A DNA stretch of 62,967 nt, the filler included, from Chiloscyllium plagiosum (taxonomy: Eukaryota): the NCBI RefSeq assembly GCF_004010195.1. It is 4 parts of 2 records of this genome, joined end to end, with 100 filler letters (N's around TTAATTAATTAA, not from the genome) between each part and the next. Parts side by side here need not be neighbours in the genome. Positions count along the whole stretch, not along the records: positions 1 to 21,026 come from NC_057711.1; 3 more parts are not named here. One strand, 5' to 3'. Both the position numbers and the translations under genes were made by a program. The notes beneath the pieces were generated by a model. The model was not told where the DNA came from, did not search any database, and saw only the letters and a list, made by a program, of their open reading frames with translations. The stretch's first letter is position 1. Each line of letters begins with the position of its first letter. Below, in pieces: positions 1 through 12,335 of this stretch.

Positions 1-950
1 GCCGGTGACAGAGAGGCCATTCACCCGGCGATCAGAGGCCGGTGACAGAGAGACCATTCACCCGGCGATCAGAGGCCGGTGACAGAGAGACCATTCACCC
101 GGCGATCAGAGGCCGGTGACAGAGAGACCATTCACCCGGCGATCAGAGGCCGGTGACAGAGAGACCATTCACCCGGCGATCAGAGGCCGGTGACAGAGAG
201 ACCATTCACCCGGCGATCAGAGGCCGGTGACAGAGAGACCATTCACCCGGCGATCAGAGGCCGGTGACAGAGAGACCATTCACCCGGCGATCAGAGGCCG
301 GTGACAGAGAGGCCATTCTCCCGGCGATCAGAGGCCGGTGACAGAGAGGCCATTCTCCCGGCGATCAGAGGCCGGTGACAGAGACCATTCTCCCGGCGAT
401 CAGAGGCCGGTGACGGAGAGGCCATTCTCCCGGCGATCAGGGACCGGTGACGGAGAGGCCATTCTCCCGGCGATCAGGGACCGGTGACAGAGAGGCCATT
501 CTCCCCGCGATCAGGGACCGGTGACGGAGAGGCCATTCTCCCGGCGATCAGGGACCGGTGACAGAGAGGCCATTCTCCCAGCGATCAGGGACCGGTGACA
601 GAGAGGCCATTCACCCGGCGATCAGAGGCCGGTGACGGAGAGGCCATTCTCCCGGCGATCAGAGACCGGTGACAGAGAGGCCATTCTCCCAGCGATCAGG
701 GACCGGTGACAGAGAGGCCATTCTCCCAGCGATCAGAGGCCGGTGACAGAGAGACCATTCACCCGGCGATCAGGAGCCGGTGACAGAGAGGCCATTCACC
801 CGGCGATCAGGGACCGGTGACAGAGAGGCCACCGGTGACAGAGAGACCATTCACCCAGCGATCAGAGGCCGGTGACAGAGAGGCCATTCTCCCAGCGATC
901 AGAGGCCGGTGACAGAGAGACCATTCACACGGCGATCAGGAGCCGGTGAC
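1..950. repeat. GC-rich 37-bp minisatellite, about 25 copies, truncated by the window start
   Basis: Unit GCCGGTGACAGAGAG(A/G)CCATTC(A/T)CCCGGCGATCAG(A/G)G repeats with period 37 from position 1. Early copies are near-identical and later copies diverge. Confidence 0.97.
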
Positions 951-1515
951 AGCAGCAGCAAAGGTCCTCCAGCGATCGGGGGCGAGGGGTGGAGGAGTTG
1001 GCAGCGGACTCTTCAAATTGGCGGCTGACACCTGCAAGGCGATATCTGCAGCTACAGCAGGCCTCGTGGCCCAGCGGTGGTCTGGCCTGGCCTGGCCTGG
1101 CCGAGGAGACAGGGACTCCTGGAATGGGGTGAGTGTGGGTTCAGCAGCGCCAGCAAAGTGGGCCCAGCGGTGAAGGGAAGGTGCCGAGAGTGGGGAAGCT
1201 CCTACACTGGGGGGGTGGGGAGGATCTGACACAGACAGCAGCAAGGGGGTGGAGGTCTTCCTTGATCCTAGGTACTGACATGGACTGGGTCAGAAAGACT
1301 CAGTCTGGGCTTTTTAACTTCACTAGTTTTCTAATACATTCCTGTAACCTATAATGCAGGACTATTCATTTCTTTACTTCAATAATTTTTTTGTTTCCTA
1401 AGAATTTGATCTTTAATATCTGTATCTAGGTACCTTTGCACCAAAGATGGTGCAGTTATCTAAACCTTTCACTGTATTTAAGTACATGTGACAATAAAAC
1501 TAATTCTATTTAATT
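940..1515 (+). mobile_element. Non-autonomous retroposon-like repeat with a ...TTTCACTGTA...GTACA(C/T)GTGACAATAAA tail
   Basis: The same AAGATGG / TTTCACTGTA / GTACACGTGACAATAAA tail recurs at about 33940-34060, and the tail end alone at about 1830-1880. Family not identified. Confidence 0.55.
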
Positions 1516-2149
1516 TAGATGTGGTCTCGTGTACAGTTGCAGTAAGCCATCCCTACACTTATACTCCAACCCCTTTCAAATAAGGGCCAACATTCCATTA
1601 GCCTTCTGATTAACCTGTCAAGATGATGCTAAAATGGTCAACTCCTTGCAAGCTCCTGTGTGCAGATCTAAGTTTCCTAGTTCCTACAATCATTCTACAT
1701 TCTTTAAACTTAAAGCATACTTTAAAAAATTATTAATATGTTTTATCTAAACTCAGGTTTGAAACTCCTCTGCTGCTGTTTTTATTTTGCTGCTGTTTAG
1801 CAATTATTTACTTGATCTGCCTGTATTGCTCACAAAAGCTTTTCACTATGTCCCGGTACACGTGACAATAAAGTTAATTCAATTACCTGTTTACTCTGTG
1901 TGCTAGCTTTCTCTGTTTTTATGTACAATTCCCACCCCCAAAGTCCCTTTGTGTTGCAGCTTTCTGGATTAAAATAATATTCCAATCGCCCCCTGCAGTG
2001 TCCTGTATATAACATGAGCATTAAAACATGGGGAGTAACATATTTTTCCTCACCAACCTGTTCAGATGTGTTATTTACAGCTTTGGAGCAGGTGGGACTT
2101 GAATCCAGGTCTTCCATTCAGGGCTAGAGACACTACCACATGAGGCCAA

Positions 2150-2710
2150 ATCCTCAAATATTCCCTTAAACCCTCTCCGTATTTCCGGAGGAGATTTGAG
2201 GATCTGACGCTGTGCTCTACCGGCGAGTTTGTTTAAATCTATAATATTGCAATCTTAAACTAATCTTTGCATTCTGCAAATTGCAGGTTTTTAAATGTTT
2301 TGTTCACAAGCATCTTGGTATTTTAGCGGCAGGAGATAGTACTAGAGTAACATTGCAGGCTGCGTGGAGTAAATTACACAACTCAGCTTAAACTGAGAAG
2401 GATTAAACCCTCACCATCACATAAATACGGTAATGCCAGCATTCAGCAAGCTCCCGACCAGCCTGGAAAAATCACCAGAGCAGTTTCCGCCGAACTCAGT
2501 GTCGCGATAAAAGACTAGCACCGCCTCGCTGATGCTTTTCCTTTCTCTGCCGTGTTTTTGTTTAATGACCGGCCCAGTACAGTGACTGCAGTAAAACACT
2601 TACTTCAGCAAAAGGGCCGAGCAAGTCACCCTTTAGCGGAGCGGGTTCCCACGGGGCTGCAGCTGTTACTGTATCATTCCGGGAATTGTTACACTGGCAG
2701 CGCCCGCTAC
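2150..2710. promoter_or_regulatory. CpG-rich, non-repetitive, promoter-like or first-exon-like segment
   Basis: Local CpG enrichment against a CpG-poor background, a STAT/GAS consensus TTCCGGGAA at about 2677-2685, and a minus-strand donor-like GAA|GTAAGT near 2600. Confidence 0.35.
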
Positions 2711-4140
2711 ACACACACACACAGACACACACACACAGTGATACTCACAGATACACACAGACACACACTGATACACACACAGAGAGTGATACTCACAGAT
2801 ACACACACAGAGTGATACTCACAGATACACACACAGACACACACACTGATACTCACAGATACACACACACTGATACAGATACACACACTGATACAGATAC
2901 ACACACTGATATTCACAGATACACACACACAGAGTGATACTCACAGATACACACAGTGATAAAGATACACACACACTGATACTCACAGATACACACACAG
3001 AGCGATACAGATACACACACATAGTGATAAAGATACACACACAGTGATACTCACAGATACACACGGTGATACTCACAGATACACACACATAGTTACTCAC
3101 TCACACACTGATATACACACAAACTCACACACTGATACTCACAGATACACACACACTGATACTCACAGATACACACAGTTACTCACTCACTCACACACTG
3201 ATACACACAGTTACTCACACTGATACACTCACACAGAGACACACACTGATACAGATACACACAGTTACTCACTCACACACTGATACACACAGTTACTCAC
3301 ACTGATACACTCACACAGAGACACACACTGATACAGATACACACAGTTACTCACTCACACACTGATACACACAGTTACTCACACTGATACACTCACACAG
3401 AGACACACACTGATACAGATACACACAGTTACTCACTCACACACTGATACACACAGTTACTCACACTGATACACTCACACAGAGACTCACACTGATACTC
3501 ACAGATACAAACACTCACTCACACACTGTTACACACACAGAGACTCACTGACTCACACTGATACTCACAGACATACACTCTCTCTCACACACACTGATAC
3601 ACACATACTCACACAGATACACACTGATACACACATACAGATACACACACAGATACTCACACACACAGNNNNNNNNNNNNNNNNNNNNNNNNNNNNNNNN
3701 NNNNNNNNNNNNNNNNNNNNNNNNNNNNNNNNNNNNNNNNNNNNNNNNNNNNNNNNNNNNNNNNNNNNNNNNNNNNNNNNNNNNNNNNNNNNNNNNNNNN
3801 NNNNNNNNNNNNNNNNNNNNNNNNNNNNNNNNNNNNNNNNNNNNNNNNNNNNNNNNNNNNNNNNNNNNNNNNNNNNNNNNNNNNNNNNNNNNNNNNNNNN
3901 NNNNNNNNNNNTCACATACACACTGATACGCTCACACAGACCCTCACACACACTGATACTCATACACACACACACTGATCCACACACAGATACTCATACA
4001 CACACACTGATACACACAGATACTCATACACACACACTGATACTCACACTCAGACACACACTCACACTGATACTCTCACACAGACACATTCACAATGACA
4101 CACACTCTCTCACTCACATACACAGACACAGACACTCACT
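2708..4140. repeat. Complex (CA)-rich microsatellite/minisatellite containing an assembly gap
   Basis: ACACAC/GATACTCACAGATAC motifs; N-run at 3669-3911. Confidence 0.95.
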
Positions 4141-4242
4141 CCCTCACAGAGGGACAGCCTGCCCAGGGGTGGTGGGGTGGCTGTCTCTGTAGCAGTGTTT
4201 AGCTGCAGTCCCCACCCAGCCCGGGCTCCCTCTGTGTGTGTG

Positions 4243-4273
<31 letters not shown>

Positions 4274-4892
4274 ATGTCACTTTCTGCGCTCTCCCGGGGC
4301 CACCTCCGCCTTCCCAAGGGAGCAAATACCAATGCCCCCCCCTTCTCCAGTGCAAAATTCCAATTGACAACCCCCAAGGGAGCAGATACCCACACCCCCT
4401 ATTCCAAGGGGAGCAGATATTAATAGCCCCCAGCCTCCAGGGGAGAAAATATTAACAACCTCCACTCCCCAGAGGCTAATAATCTGCATCACCTGGGGGC
4501 AGCAACCTCACGGGAATACCAACCCTCCCCCACCCCTCAGAGGTTTAAACCCTGTCTACAATCTCTCTCTCTCTCTCCCACCCCAGGAATGCTTACCCAA
4601 CCACTCCACCAGGTGCTGTGATCTCCCCCACCTGCCAAGCTGAAACCCTGCACCACCACTATCCCTACCATTCCCCCCTCCCCTGGTGACACCCTCATCC
4701 TGTGAATGAATAAAATTAAGTAAACACTGACATCAGGGTAGATGTGGGCACTTGGTGTATTCATACCTGTTCAGAAATAGTTTAAATGCAGAGCATTTGT
4801 GTTCTTTTGTTGTTTTCACACAGCTAGTTTCTGGTTTTTTTTGCATTTAGCAGTGGGGAAATGATAAAAATCCATATAAGGTAATATACTGT

Positions 4893-5148
4893 TAGACTAG
4901 ATTCCCTACAGTATGGAAACAGGCCCTTTGGCCCAACAAGTCCTCACCACCACCCCTCTACCCTATATTTGCCCATAACACTATGGGAAATTTAGCATGG
5001 CTAATTCACCTAACCTGCACATCTTTGGACTGTGGGAGGAAACCCACACAGATACGGGGTGAATGTGCAAACTCCACACAGATAGTTGTCCAAGGCTGGA
5101 ATTGAACCTGGGACCCTGGTGCTAACTACTGAGCCACCGTGCCACCCC
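4893..5148 (-). mobile_element. HE1-like tRNA-derived V-SINE, internally deleted
   Basis: Reverse complement of the SINE at 8242; flanked by an ATACTGTTA direct repeat (probable TSD). Confidence 0.85.
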
Positions 5149-5679
5149 AATACTGTTAATACTGTATAAGACACTGTAAGCTACAGGGAAAAATTCCTCT
5201 CCAAACCTGCACAATGACATAAAAAGTATTAAAATTGCAGCCTATATTAGTGCGCCATCTGTTGATCACTTTACAAGATTACAGATATACACACAAGGCA
5301 CCCTCCTCTGGCTAAACTAGAAATAATCTGTCTCACCCTAAATGTGCAGTTCACTTTCCGATGATCTTGGTGTCCAGTGTCGATTATTCTGAAGTCATAC
5401 TGGTCTTGAAATGTTCTTCTGTTTGTTAGAACCCTCGCTGATTTCTCATTTTTTTTTGTTTTAGTACTGTGAACTGGGCTGATGATGATATTTGGACTGT
5501 GATCCTTACATGGCCTGTGGGAATTTTATTGGAAGCAACAATCAGGGACAAGATAAACTTTAATTTGCAAAGGCAGGGGTTAATACAGGAAAAACTAGAA
5601 TTAAGAAGCATTGCCTATCAATATCCTTACTGAGCTAACAGAAAAATGGCTGATCAAGTGAGTATAATCAATGTGTATT

Positions 5680-5985
5680 TAGAATTCCTACTGTGTGGAA
5701 ACAAGTCCACACCGACCCTCCAAAGAGTCACCCACCCAAACCCATTCCCCTATAATCACCTCTGACAAATTCACCAAACCTACACATCCCTGAACACCCT
5801 GAAAATTTAGCACGGCCAATTTGCCTAACCTGCACATCTTTTGGATTGTGGGTGGAGACCAGAGCACGCAAAGGAAACCCACGCAGAGACGGGGAGAATG
5901 TGCAAACTCCACACAATCGCCCAAGGCTGTAATCAAACCTGGGTCCCTGGCAGCAGTGCTAACTGCTGAGCCACAATGTCGCCCG
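5680..5985 (-). mobile_element. HE1-like SINE, diverged
   Basis: Similar to the reverse complement of 8242-8549. Confidence 0.8.
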
Positions 5986-6329
5986 GAATGAACTTGCCAA
6001 AAATAATTCAATGGTGGCAGCTTGGCTCAGTAACAGGAATCTTGTTTTTGTCATTCTGAAGAAGGGTTACTAGACTTTAAACGTTAATTCTGTTTTCTTT
6101 CCACAGATGCTGCTAGATCTGCTGAGTTTTTCCAGCAATTTCTGTTTTTGTTTCTGATTTCCATATCTGCTAAGTTGTTTGACTTTTTTTATTGGTGGTT
6201 GGATGTTTTTCAGATTGAGAGGTGGATTGCACTAGAATTGCCAGTTTGTAGTATGGTCAATCAGTTTTGGGATCAGGATTCTTTCAATATTTGCAAATGA
6301 ATGGGTATAGGAGTAACATTGTAATAGTG

Positions 6330-6870
6330 ACCAAAGATATGAAAGTGGCAAAGAAGTAAGTAGTAATGAAGGTACCACTCAACTTTAAGATGACACAAGC
6401 AAAGTGATAAAATGGACAGATGTACAGACAAAGAGGGTTCAATGCAGAAAAGTGTGAATTGATGCACAATGCAAGGACAATAATGATAAAATATACTCTA
6501 ACTGGCATGATTATGAAAAATGTCAATGAGTCACAATCAAAAAGGACCAATGTGATATATGATTATAATGCACAAGTTTACTTTGGTTATGCATTGAAGA
6601 ACAGAATGTAAAAGCAAATAGGTCATGATGGAACTTTATATATGACTTGCCAAGCTTCAGCTGGTAATTTATAGATAGTTCTGGGCCAACACAATCCAGG
6701 AAACATATCAGGATCTGGGAATTTCTATCTTAAGAGATAGTGGATTGTGTTTCCATAATGATTTTAAAAGACAGCTGTACTTAAGAATTATGAACTTGTG
6801 GAACAAAAGGTAAGATATGAGTCTGAGACCAGTTACTCTTTCAAAGATCCAGCAGAGGGCTGAGTGTGAG
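6330..6870 (+). mobile_element. Highly degenerate CR1-like LINE 3' fragment
   Basis: Residual FNAEKCELMH motif (CR1 RT C-terminal FNxxKCxVMH). Confidence 0.55.
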
Positions 6871-8241
6871 AGCAAATTACTGCAGATGCAGGAATCTGAA
6901 CTAAAAACAACAAATGCTGGAGGAAAAGTTTGAGGGATATGGACCAGTAGCAGGAGCGGGGACTGGTTTCATACTGTATGATTCAGTGAGTATGACTCCA
7001 AATGTAAATGCCTTTCACACATTTTAACAAATATTTTGAGAACAATCGATAAAATTCTCTTCTCTTCATATAATATCCAGTTCTTACTTAGTTTGGGATT
7101 ATGTTCAGCATGGACTGGTTGGACAGGAGGGTCTGTTTCCGTGCTGTATGAATCTATGACTATGACTCGATGGCTCTAAGCAACACTTCCTGACCTGCAC
7201 AAACAGTAGTAGTGCCTCTTTCACATCCACTAATCCCTGTCTCTGTCTCATTTAATGAGGAACGTAGCCAACAATAGGGCCAAAAGCCTTAGGAGTGCTG
7301 CCTGCCATTTGGTTATTATCCCTAATGAGGAGAGGATCCTGATACTGACAGACCCCAAGTACAGCCTGGACTGGTATTAGAGACTGCCCTTGAATTACTG
7401 TGTCCGCACTCCTGAGAGAAGGCTATCCCTCTTGACTTGACTAAGCCCTGACAACAACTGTGACAGGCTGCCTGGCTTTGAGCATAGACTGCAATACTAT
7501 AAATCTGGTATCTATGGCTGAGGGGACAAAATACAAAAAAGGCAAGGCCAGGCAGGGGTGCTGTGAGTATTCAGGCAGGCTCAGAGTTAGTGATGACAAA
7601 AGGAGAAGAGCTCAGAGGTGCAGCCTGGTGCAGCCTGGGAGCTGGCTGTGTGTCCTTGCTGCAGCATTAAAGTAGCTGGTGCAGCTGCAGGTGCTGCATT
7701 AAAGTGTGGCAACATCCTGTAAATGGATTGGAGATGTGCCGTGAGGTTGTTAGAGGCTGGCGCATGCCATACACCAATGTCCATGGATGTGTGTGCATGT
7801 GGCAGTGCCTGTAGTAAAGGTCCTCGGATGTTGGTTACCAGTTTCTAATTTGAAAGTCATTTGGAGCAAGCAGCGAGTTGAATCACAGCAGGAGTTCTCT
7901 CTGGTTTCTTTGTCATGTTTTCCTGCTGTCCAGCTTGTTTGGTAAATTTGGTAAGATTAGAGGTGACTATTAACGAGGTGAGTTGTGCCATCAGCAAGGC
8001 ATTTCACAAGTGTACTGAAGAAGGGTCGCTGGAGCCAAAACGTTAACACTGATTTCTCTCCACAGATGCTGAGCTTTTCCAGCAATTTCTGTTTTTGTTT
8101 CTGATTTCCAGCTTCCACAGTTCCTTCAATTTTTATTGAACAAACATTAATCCCCATCAATTGGCATCTTGCTGCTGCCCGGTGAGAATCTTGCCACACT
8201 GCTTATGAAACGTGTGGAAGATGGAGCGAGATGATTTCTAC

Positions 8242-8549
8242 ATGGGTGGCACGGTGGCACAGTGGTTAGCACTGCTGCATCACAGTGCCAGAGACCCGGG
8301 TTCAATTCCCGCCTCAGGCGACTGACTGTGTGGAGTTTGCACGTTCTCCCCGTGTCTGCTTGGGTTTCCTCCGGGTGCTCCGGTTTCCTCCCACAGTCCA
8401 AAGATGTGCAGGTCAGGTGAATTGGCCGTGCTAAATTGCCCATAGTGTTAGGTAAGGGGTAAATGTATGTGTGGGTTGCGCTTTGGCGGGGTGGTGTGGA
8501 CTTGTTGGGCCGAAGGGCCTGTTTCCACACTGTAAGTAATCTAATCTAC
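8242..8549 (+). mobile_element. HE1-like tRNA-derived V-SINE, full length
   Basis: Pol III A box TGGCACAGTGG, B box GGTTCAATTCC, central GTGTGGAGTTTGCACGTTCTCCCCGTGTCTGC domain, CR1-like tail GGGCCGAAGGGCCTGTTTCC and (TAATC)n end; at least 10 copies in the window. Confidence 0.92.
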
Positions 8550-9145
8550 ATCGAAGTGGGTCCTGCTTCACTGGTAGCCTGATCCTGCCACCCTTTTCTC
8601 CATTACCACTCCTCAGATCTCCAAAAGATTCCAACCCGAGTTTCTTTTGGATCAATTTTCCAAAGGTTTTTTTATTACGGGAAGTGTTGAGCCAAGGATT
8701 ATTGAACCCAAAAGTGTCCCTCCAGCACAAAACTACCACAAAGTAAGAAGCCTGATGAGGTAAGGAAAAACATTGCAGGACTCTGGAGCATTGAGTTTTT
8801 ACTCAGAATCCTGATGCTCTTGGTCATGTGCAACTTGCCCCAAGCACAGTCAACGTGGAAGGGAATATCAGACTATGTGGAAAATGGGTTTACAAATTTG
8901 ATTTATTAGTTTCTCACTGAATGCATTGATCACAATGATTCCACATTGAAACAGTATCTATTCGTCAATTCACATATACTATGATCCCTGGAGAGAGCAA
9001 TAAAGTTCTATAAAATGGAATTTTCTGTTAATAACTGCACAGGATGGCAAAATAGATGTCACATTTTAAGACTTTTACTGTAACAAATTACTAAAAGCAC
9101 AACTAACATAATTTTAAGGTGAGAGGAGAAAGACTTAAAAGTAAC

Positions 9146-9440
9146 GGTGGGTGGCACAGTGGTTAGCACTGCTGCCTCGCAGCGCCAAGAGACCCGGGTT
9201 CAACTCCCGCCTCAGACAACTCTCTGTGTGGAGTTTGCACATTCTCCCCATGTCTGCATGAGTGTCCTTCCACAATCCAAAAATGTGCAGGTTAGGTGAA
9301 TTGACCATGCTAAATTGCCCATAGTGTTAGGTGCAGGGGTAAATGTAGGGGAATGGGTTGGGTGGGTTGCGCTTCGGAGGGTCGGCATGGACTTGTTGGG
9401 CTGAAGGGCCTGTTTCCACACTGTAAGTAATCTAATCTAA
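9146..9440 (+). mobile_element. HE1-like SINE inserted in CR1
   Basis: Matches the 8242 copy; TAAC on both sides. Confidence 0.88.
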
Positions 9441-9532
9441 CCTGAGGGGCAACTATTTCACATAGCGGGTGGTTTGTATGTGGAATGAGCTGCCAGAGAA
9501 AGTGGTAGATGCAGGTACAGTTACAACATTTA

Positions 9533-10152
9533 CAGAGGAAACTCGATTATCCGAATACCAATTGTCCGAAAATCGGATTAGCCTAAGGAGATCTCAAGGT
9601 CCCGATGGAAACATGACATCAAAGACGTGTTTCCAACAGTGATCACATCTTTTCTTTACAGTGATTAAACAGGCGCCGTCTTCAACTGACTGATCTCCTG
9701 CCCTCTCTCTCTCCCCACACGTTCCCTGGAGTTCTACACTGGGGTGTACCCTAAACCCCCCTTCCCCATATATTCTCTCCAACATTGTCCTGTACAGGGC
9801 AAAGGTGGAACCTGTCAAAAAGCTGCAGTAAAAAGTTGTGTGTGTGTGAGCACGCGCGCGCTATTTGGAGACTCCCTCAAAGACAGCAGCAGCAGTTGCA
9901 GTATGATTGTTGGTGTCCAGTCCAGCTGTCCTGGAGAGGGGGCAGGCATCTATGGGGTTGGGGGGCTCGTGTTGAATGGAGTTGGGGGGGTGGGGCCTTG
10001 CACGCTGTGTGCTGCTGTAGTCACCTGAATGAGGAGCAGACTTTAAAAACTCCGAGCCCCAGAGGAAAGGCATTTAATCAATTAACCGAATAATCGATTA
10101 TCCGAATGAAATAGTGCTCACCCATCACGTTCGGATAATCGAGGTTCCCCTG
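9533..10152. mobile_element. Tc1/mariner (pogo/Tigger-like) non-autonomous DNA transposon (MITE)
   Basis: 23-bp TIRs CAGAGGAAACTCGATTATCCGAA / TTCGGATAATCGAGGTTCCCCTG (2 mismatches); TA duplication at 9531-9532 and 10153-10154; subterminal GATTATCCGAA repeats; no transposase ORF. Confidence 0.9.
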
Positions 10153-10619
10153 TAAAAGACATTTGGACAGGTACATGAATAGGAAAGTTTTAGAGGGATA
10201 TGGGCCAGGTACAGGCAAATGGAGCTTGTTTAGTTTGGGAGACTTGGTTGACATGGACAAGTTGGACCGAAGGGTCTGTTTCCGTGCTTCATGACTGTAG
10301 AATGTTATAAATGAATTCTACTTTTATAGGCAACTTATATTTTAAAACTACAATAAGGAACATTTCTCTTTTGTACTTATCACACTCTCCATAATACTGT
10401 TAAAAATCACATAACACCAGGTTATAGTCCAACAGATTTATGTGAAAGTACAAGCTTGTGAATGTGTGATTTTTAACTTTGTCCATCCCAGTCCAACACC
10501 GGCACCTCCACATCATGGTCTCCATGATACAACAGTGCTGGTGGCAAACAATCTACAATTGTCCCAACTTTTGATGGCACCACACTTTACCATTGCCCCT
10601 GAGCAGTAACTCTGTGTTT

Positions 10620-10890
10620 CATAGAACATAGAACATGGAAAAGTACAGCACAGAACAGGCCCTTAGGCCCACGATGTTGTGCCGAGACTTAATCCTAATG
10701 TAAAATATATTAACTTAACCTACGCACCCCTCAACTCACTGCTATCCATGTGCACGTCCAACAGTCACTTAAATGTCCCCAATGACTTCGCTTCCACCTG
10801 GCAACGCATTCCATGCATTCACAACTCTCTGCATAAAGATCCTACCTCTGATGTCTCCTTTATACCTTCCTCCTAATATCTTCAAATTTC
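10620..10890 (-). mobile_element. CR1 LINE 3' end
   Basis: RYKGDIRGRIFMQRVVNAWNALP translation and a (CATAGAA)n tail. Confidence 0.85.
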
Positions 10891-11137
10891 CTTCAGTTTT
10901 TGGAGAGTTTTTCAATTCCACTAGCATCTCAGTAGAATAATGTTGCGTCTCCTTTGGCCACACAAGGATGAGTCTCCAGTTTGCTGAGATGGCTGTGGAC
11001 AGCAACCCATTGACTACAGACTGTCTCCCTCCAACATTTGCCTTCAGTCACTTGTAAACAATCTGCAATCATTATTTCCTGTTGACAAAACAACAGTTGT
11101 TTTCCTCTCTCTTTTTTTCTTTTGCAACTAAAGCTCT

Positions 11138-11695
11138 TGGGGAGAAAGGCCACCTACTTGCGGAACGTTTCAGAGAACACCTCTGGGACACCCGCACCAA
11201 CCAACCCAACCGCCCTGTGGCAGAACATTTTAACTCCCCCTCCCACTTCGCCAAGGACATGCAGGTCCTTGGCCTCCTCCATCGCCAGACCATGGCGACA
11301 TGACGCCTGGAGGAAGAGCGCCTCATCTTCCGCCTAGGAACCCTCCAACCACAAGGGATGAATGCAGATTTCTCCAGCTTCCTCATTTCCCCTCCCCCCA
11401 CCTTATCTCAGTCCCAACCCTTGGACTCAGCACCGCCTTCTTGACCTGCAATCTTCTTCCCGACCTCTCCGCCCCCCAGCCCCTCTCCGGCCTATCACCC
11501 TCACCTTAATCTCCTTCCACCTATCGCATTTCCAACGCCCCTCCCCCAAGTCCCTCCTCCCTACCTTTTATCTTAGACTGCTTGGCACACCCTCCTCATT
11601 CCTGAAGAAGGGCTTATGCCCGAGACGTCGATTCTCCTGCTCCTTGGATGCTGCCTGACCTGCTGCGCTTTTCCAACAACACATTTTTCAGCTCA
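11138..11695 (+). mobile_element. Penelope-like element 3' part (GIY-YIG C-terminal region and terminal repeat)
   Basis: LAERFREHLWDTRTNQPNRPVAEHFNSPSH translation; hammerhead-like CTGAAGAAGGGCTTATGCCCGAGACGTC near 11600. Confidence 0.85.
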
Positions 11696-11749
11696 GAGAC
11701 TGCAAGGCTACTTACTAGTAACACTGCTGACTGTTCCCTTTTTGTTTCC

Positions 11750-12335
11750 AGGTGTGAGAACTTCACACTTTACTCAGCCACTTGGAGTATTGTGAGTGGA
11801 TCTAGACATGACTCCCTAGGAAGGATAGATTGGCTTTGGAGAGAGTACACTACAGATTTACACAAATTATATCTGGACTTCAGGGGTGAAGTTATCAGGA
11901 GAGATTGTAGAAATTAGAGCTATTTTCTCTAGAATTTAGAAGTTAAGGGATGATTTGATTGGAGTCTCAAAGATATTAACAAAAAAGGACAGGGTAGATA
12001 AAGATAAATTATTTCCACTGGCTAGGGATTCTACACCTAGGGGATATAGTCTGAGAATTAGGGCCAGACCGTTCAAGAGAGATGTTAGGAAGCACCTTCT
12101 ACAGACAAAGGGTGGGAGAGATTTGGAACTCTCTTCCACAAACAGCAGTGGATGCTGGATCAGTTGTTAATTTTAAATCTGAGATAGATTACTTTTTGTA
12201 AAGTAAGGATATTGAAGGATATGGGCTAAAGGCAGAGATCTGGAATTTGGCCACAGATCAGCCATGATCTCACTGAATGTGGAACAGGCTCGGAAGGGCT
12301 GAATGGCCTACTCCTGTTCCCGTGTTTCTGTGTTC
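11750..12335 (+). mobile_element. CR1 LINE 3' fragment
   Basis: DRVDKDKLFPLARDSTPRGYSLRIRARPFKRDVRKH translation; GGGCTGAATGGCCTACTCCTGTTCC tail. Confidence 0.85.

Larger units (their letters stand above)
9110..10300 (+). mobile_element. CR1 LINE 3' end interrupted by a SINE and a MITE
   Basis: TTTAAGGTGAGAGG...GGAATGAGCTGCCAGAG...GGACCGAAGGGTCTGTTTCC reads continuously once both inserts are removed. Confidence 0.8.

Noticed and set aside
1..950. CRISPR-like array (37-bp periodicity)
   Set aside because: The units abut with no unique spacers, there are no cas genes, and the context is eukaryotic.
8242..8320. tRNA gene
   Set aside because: The A/B boxes belong to the SINE head, no cloverleaf is evident, and it is followed by SINE body in many copies.
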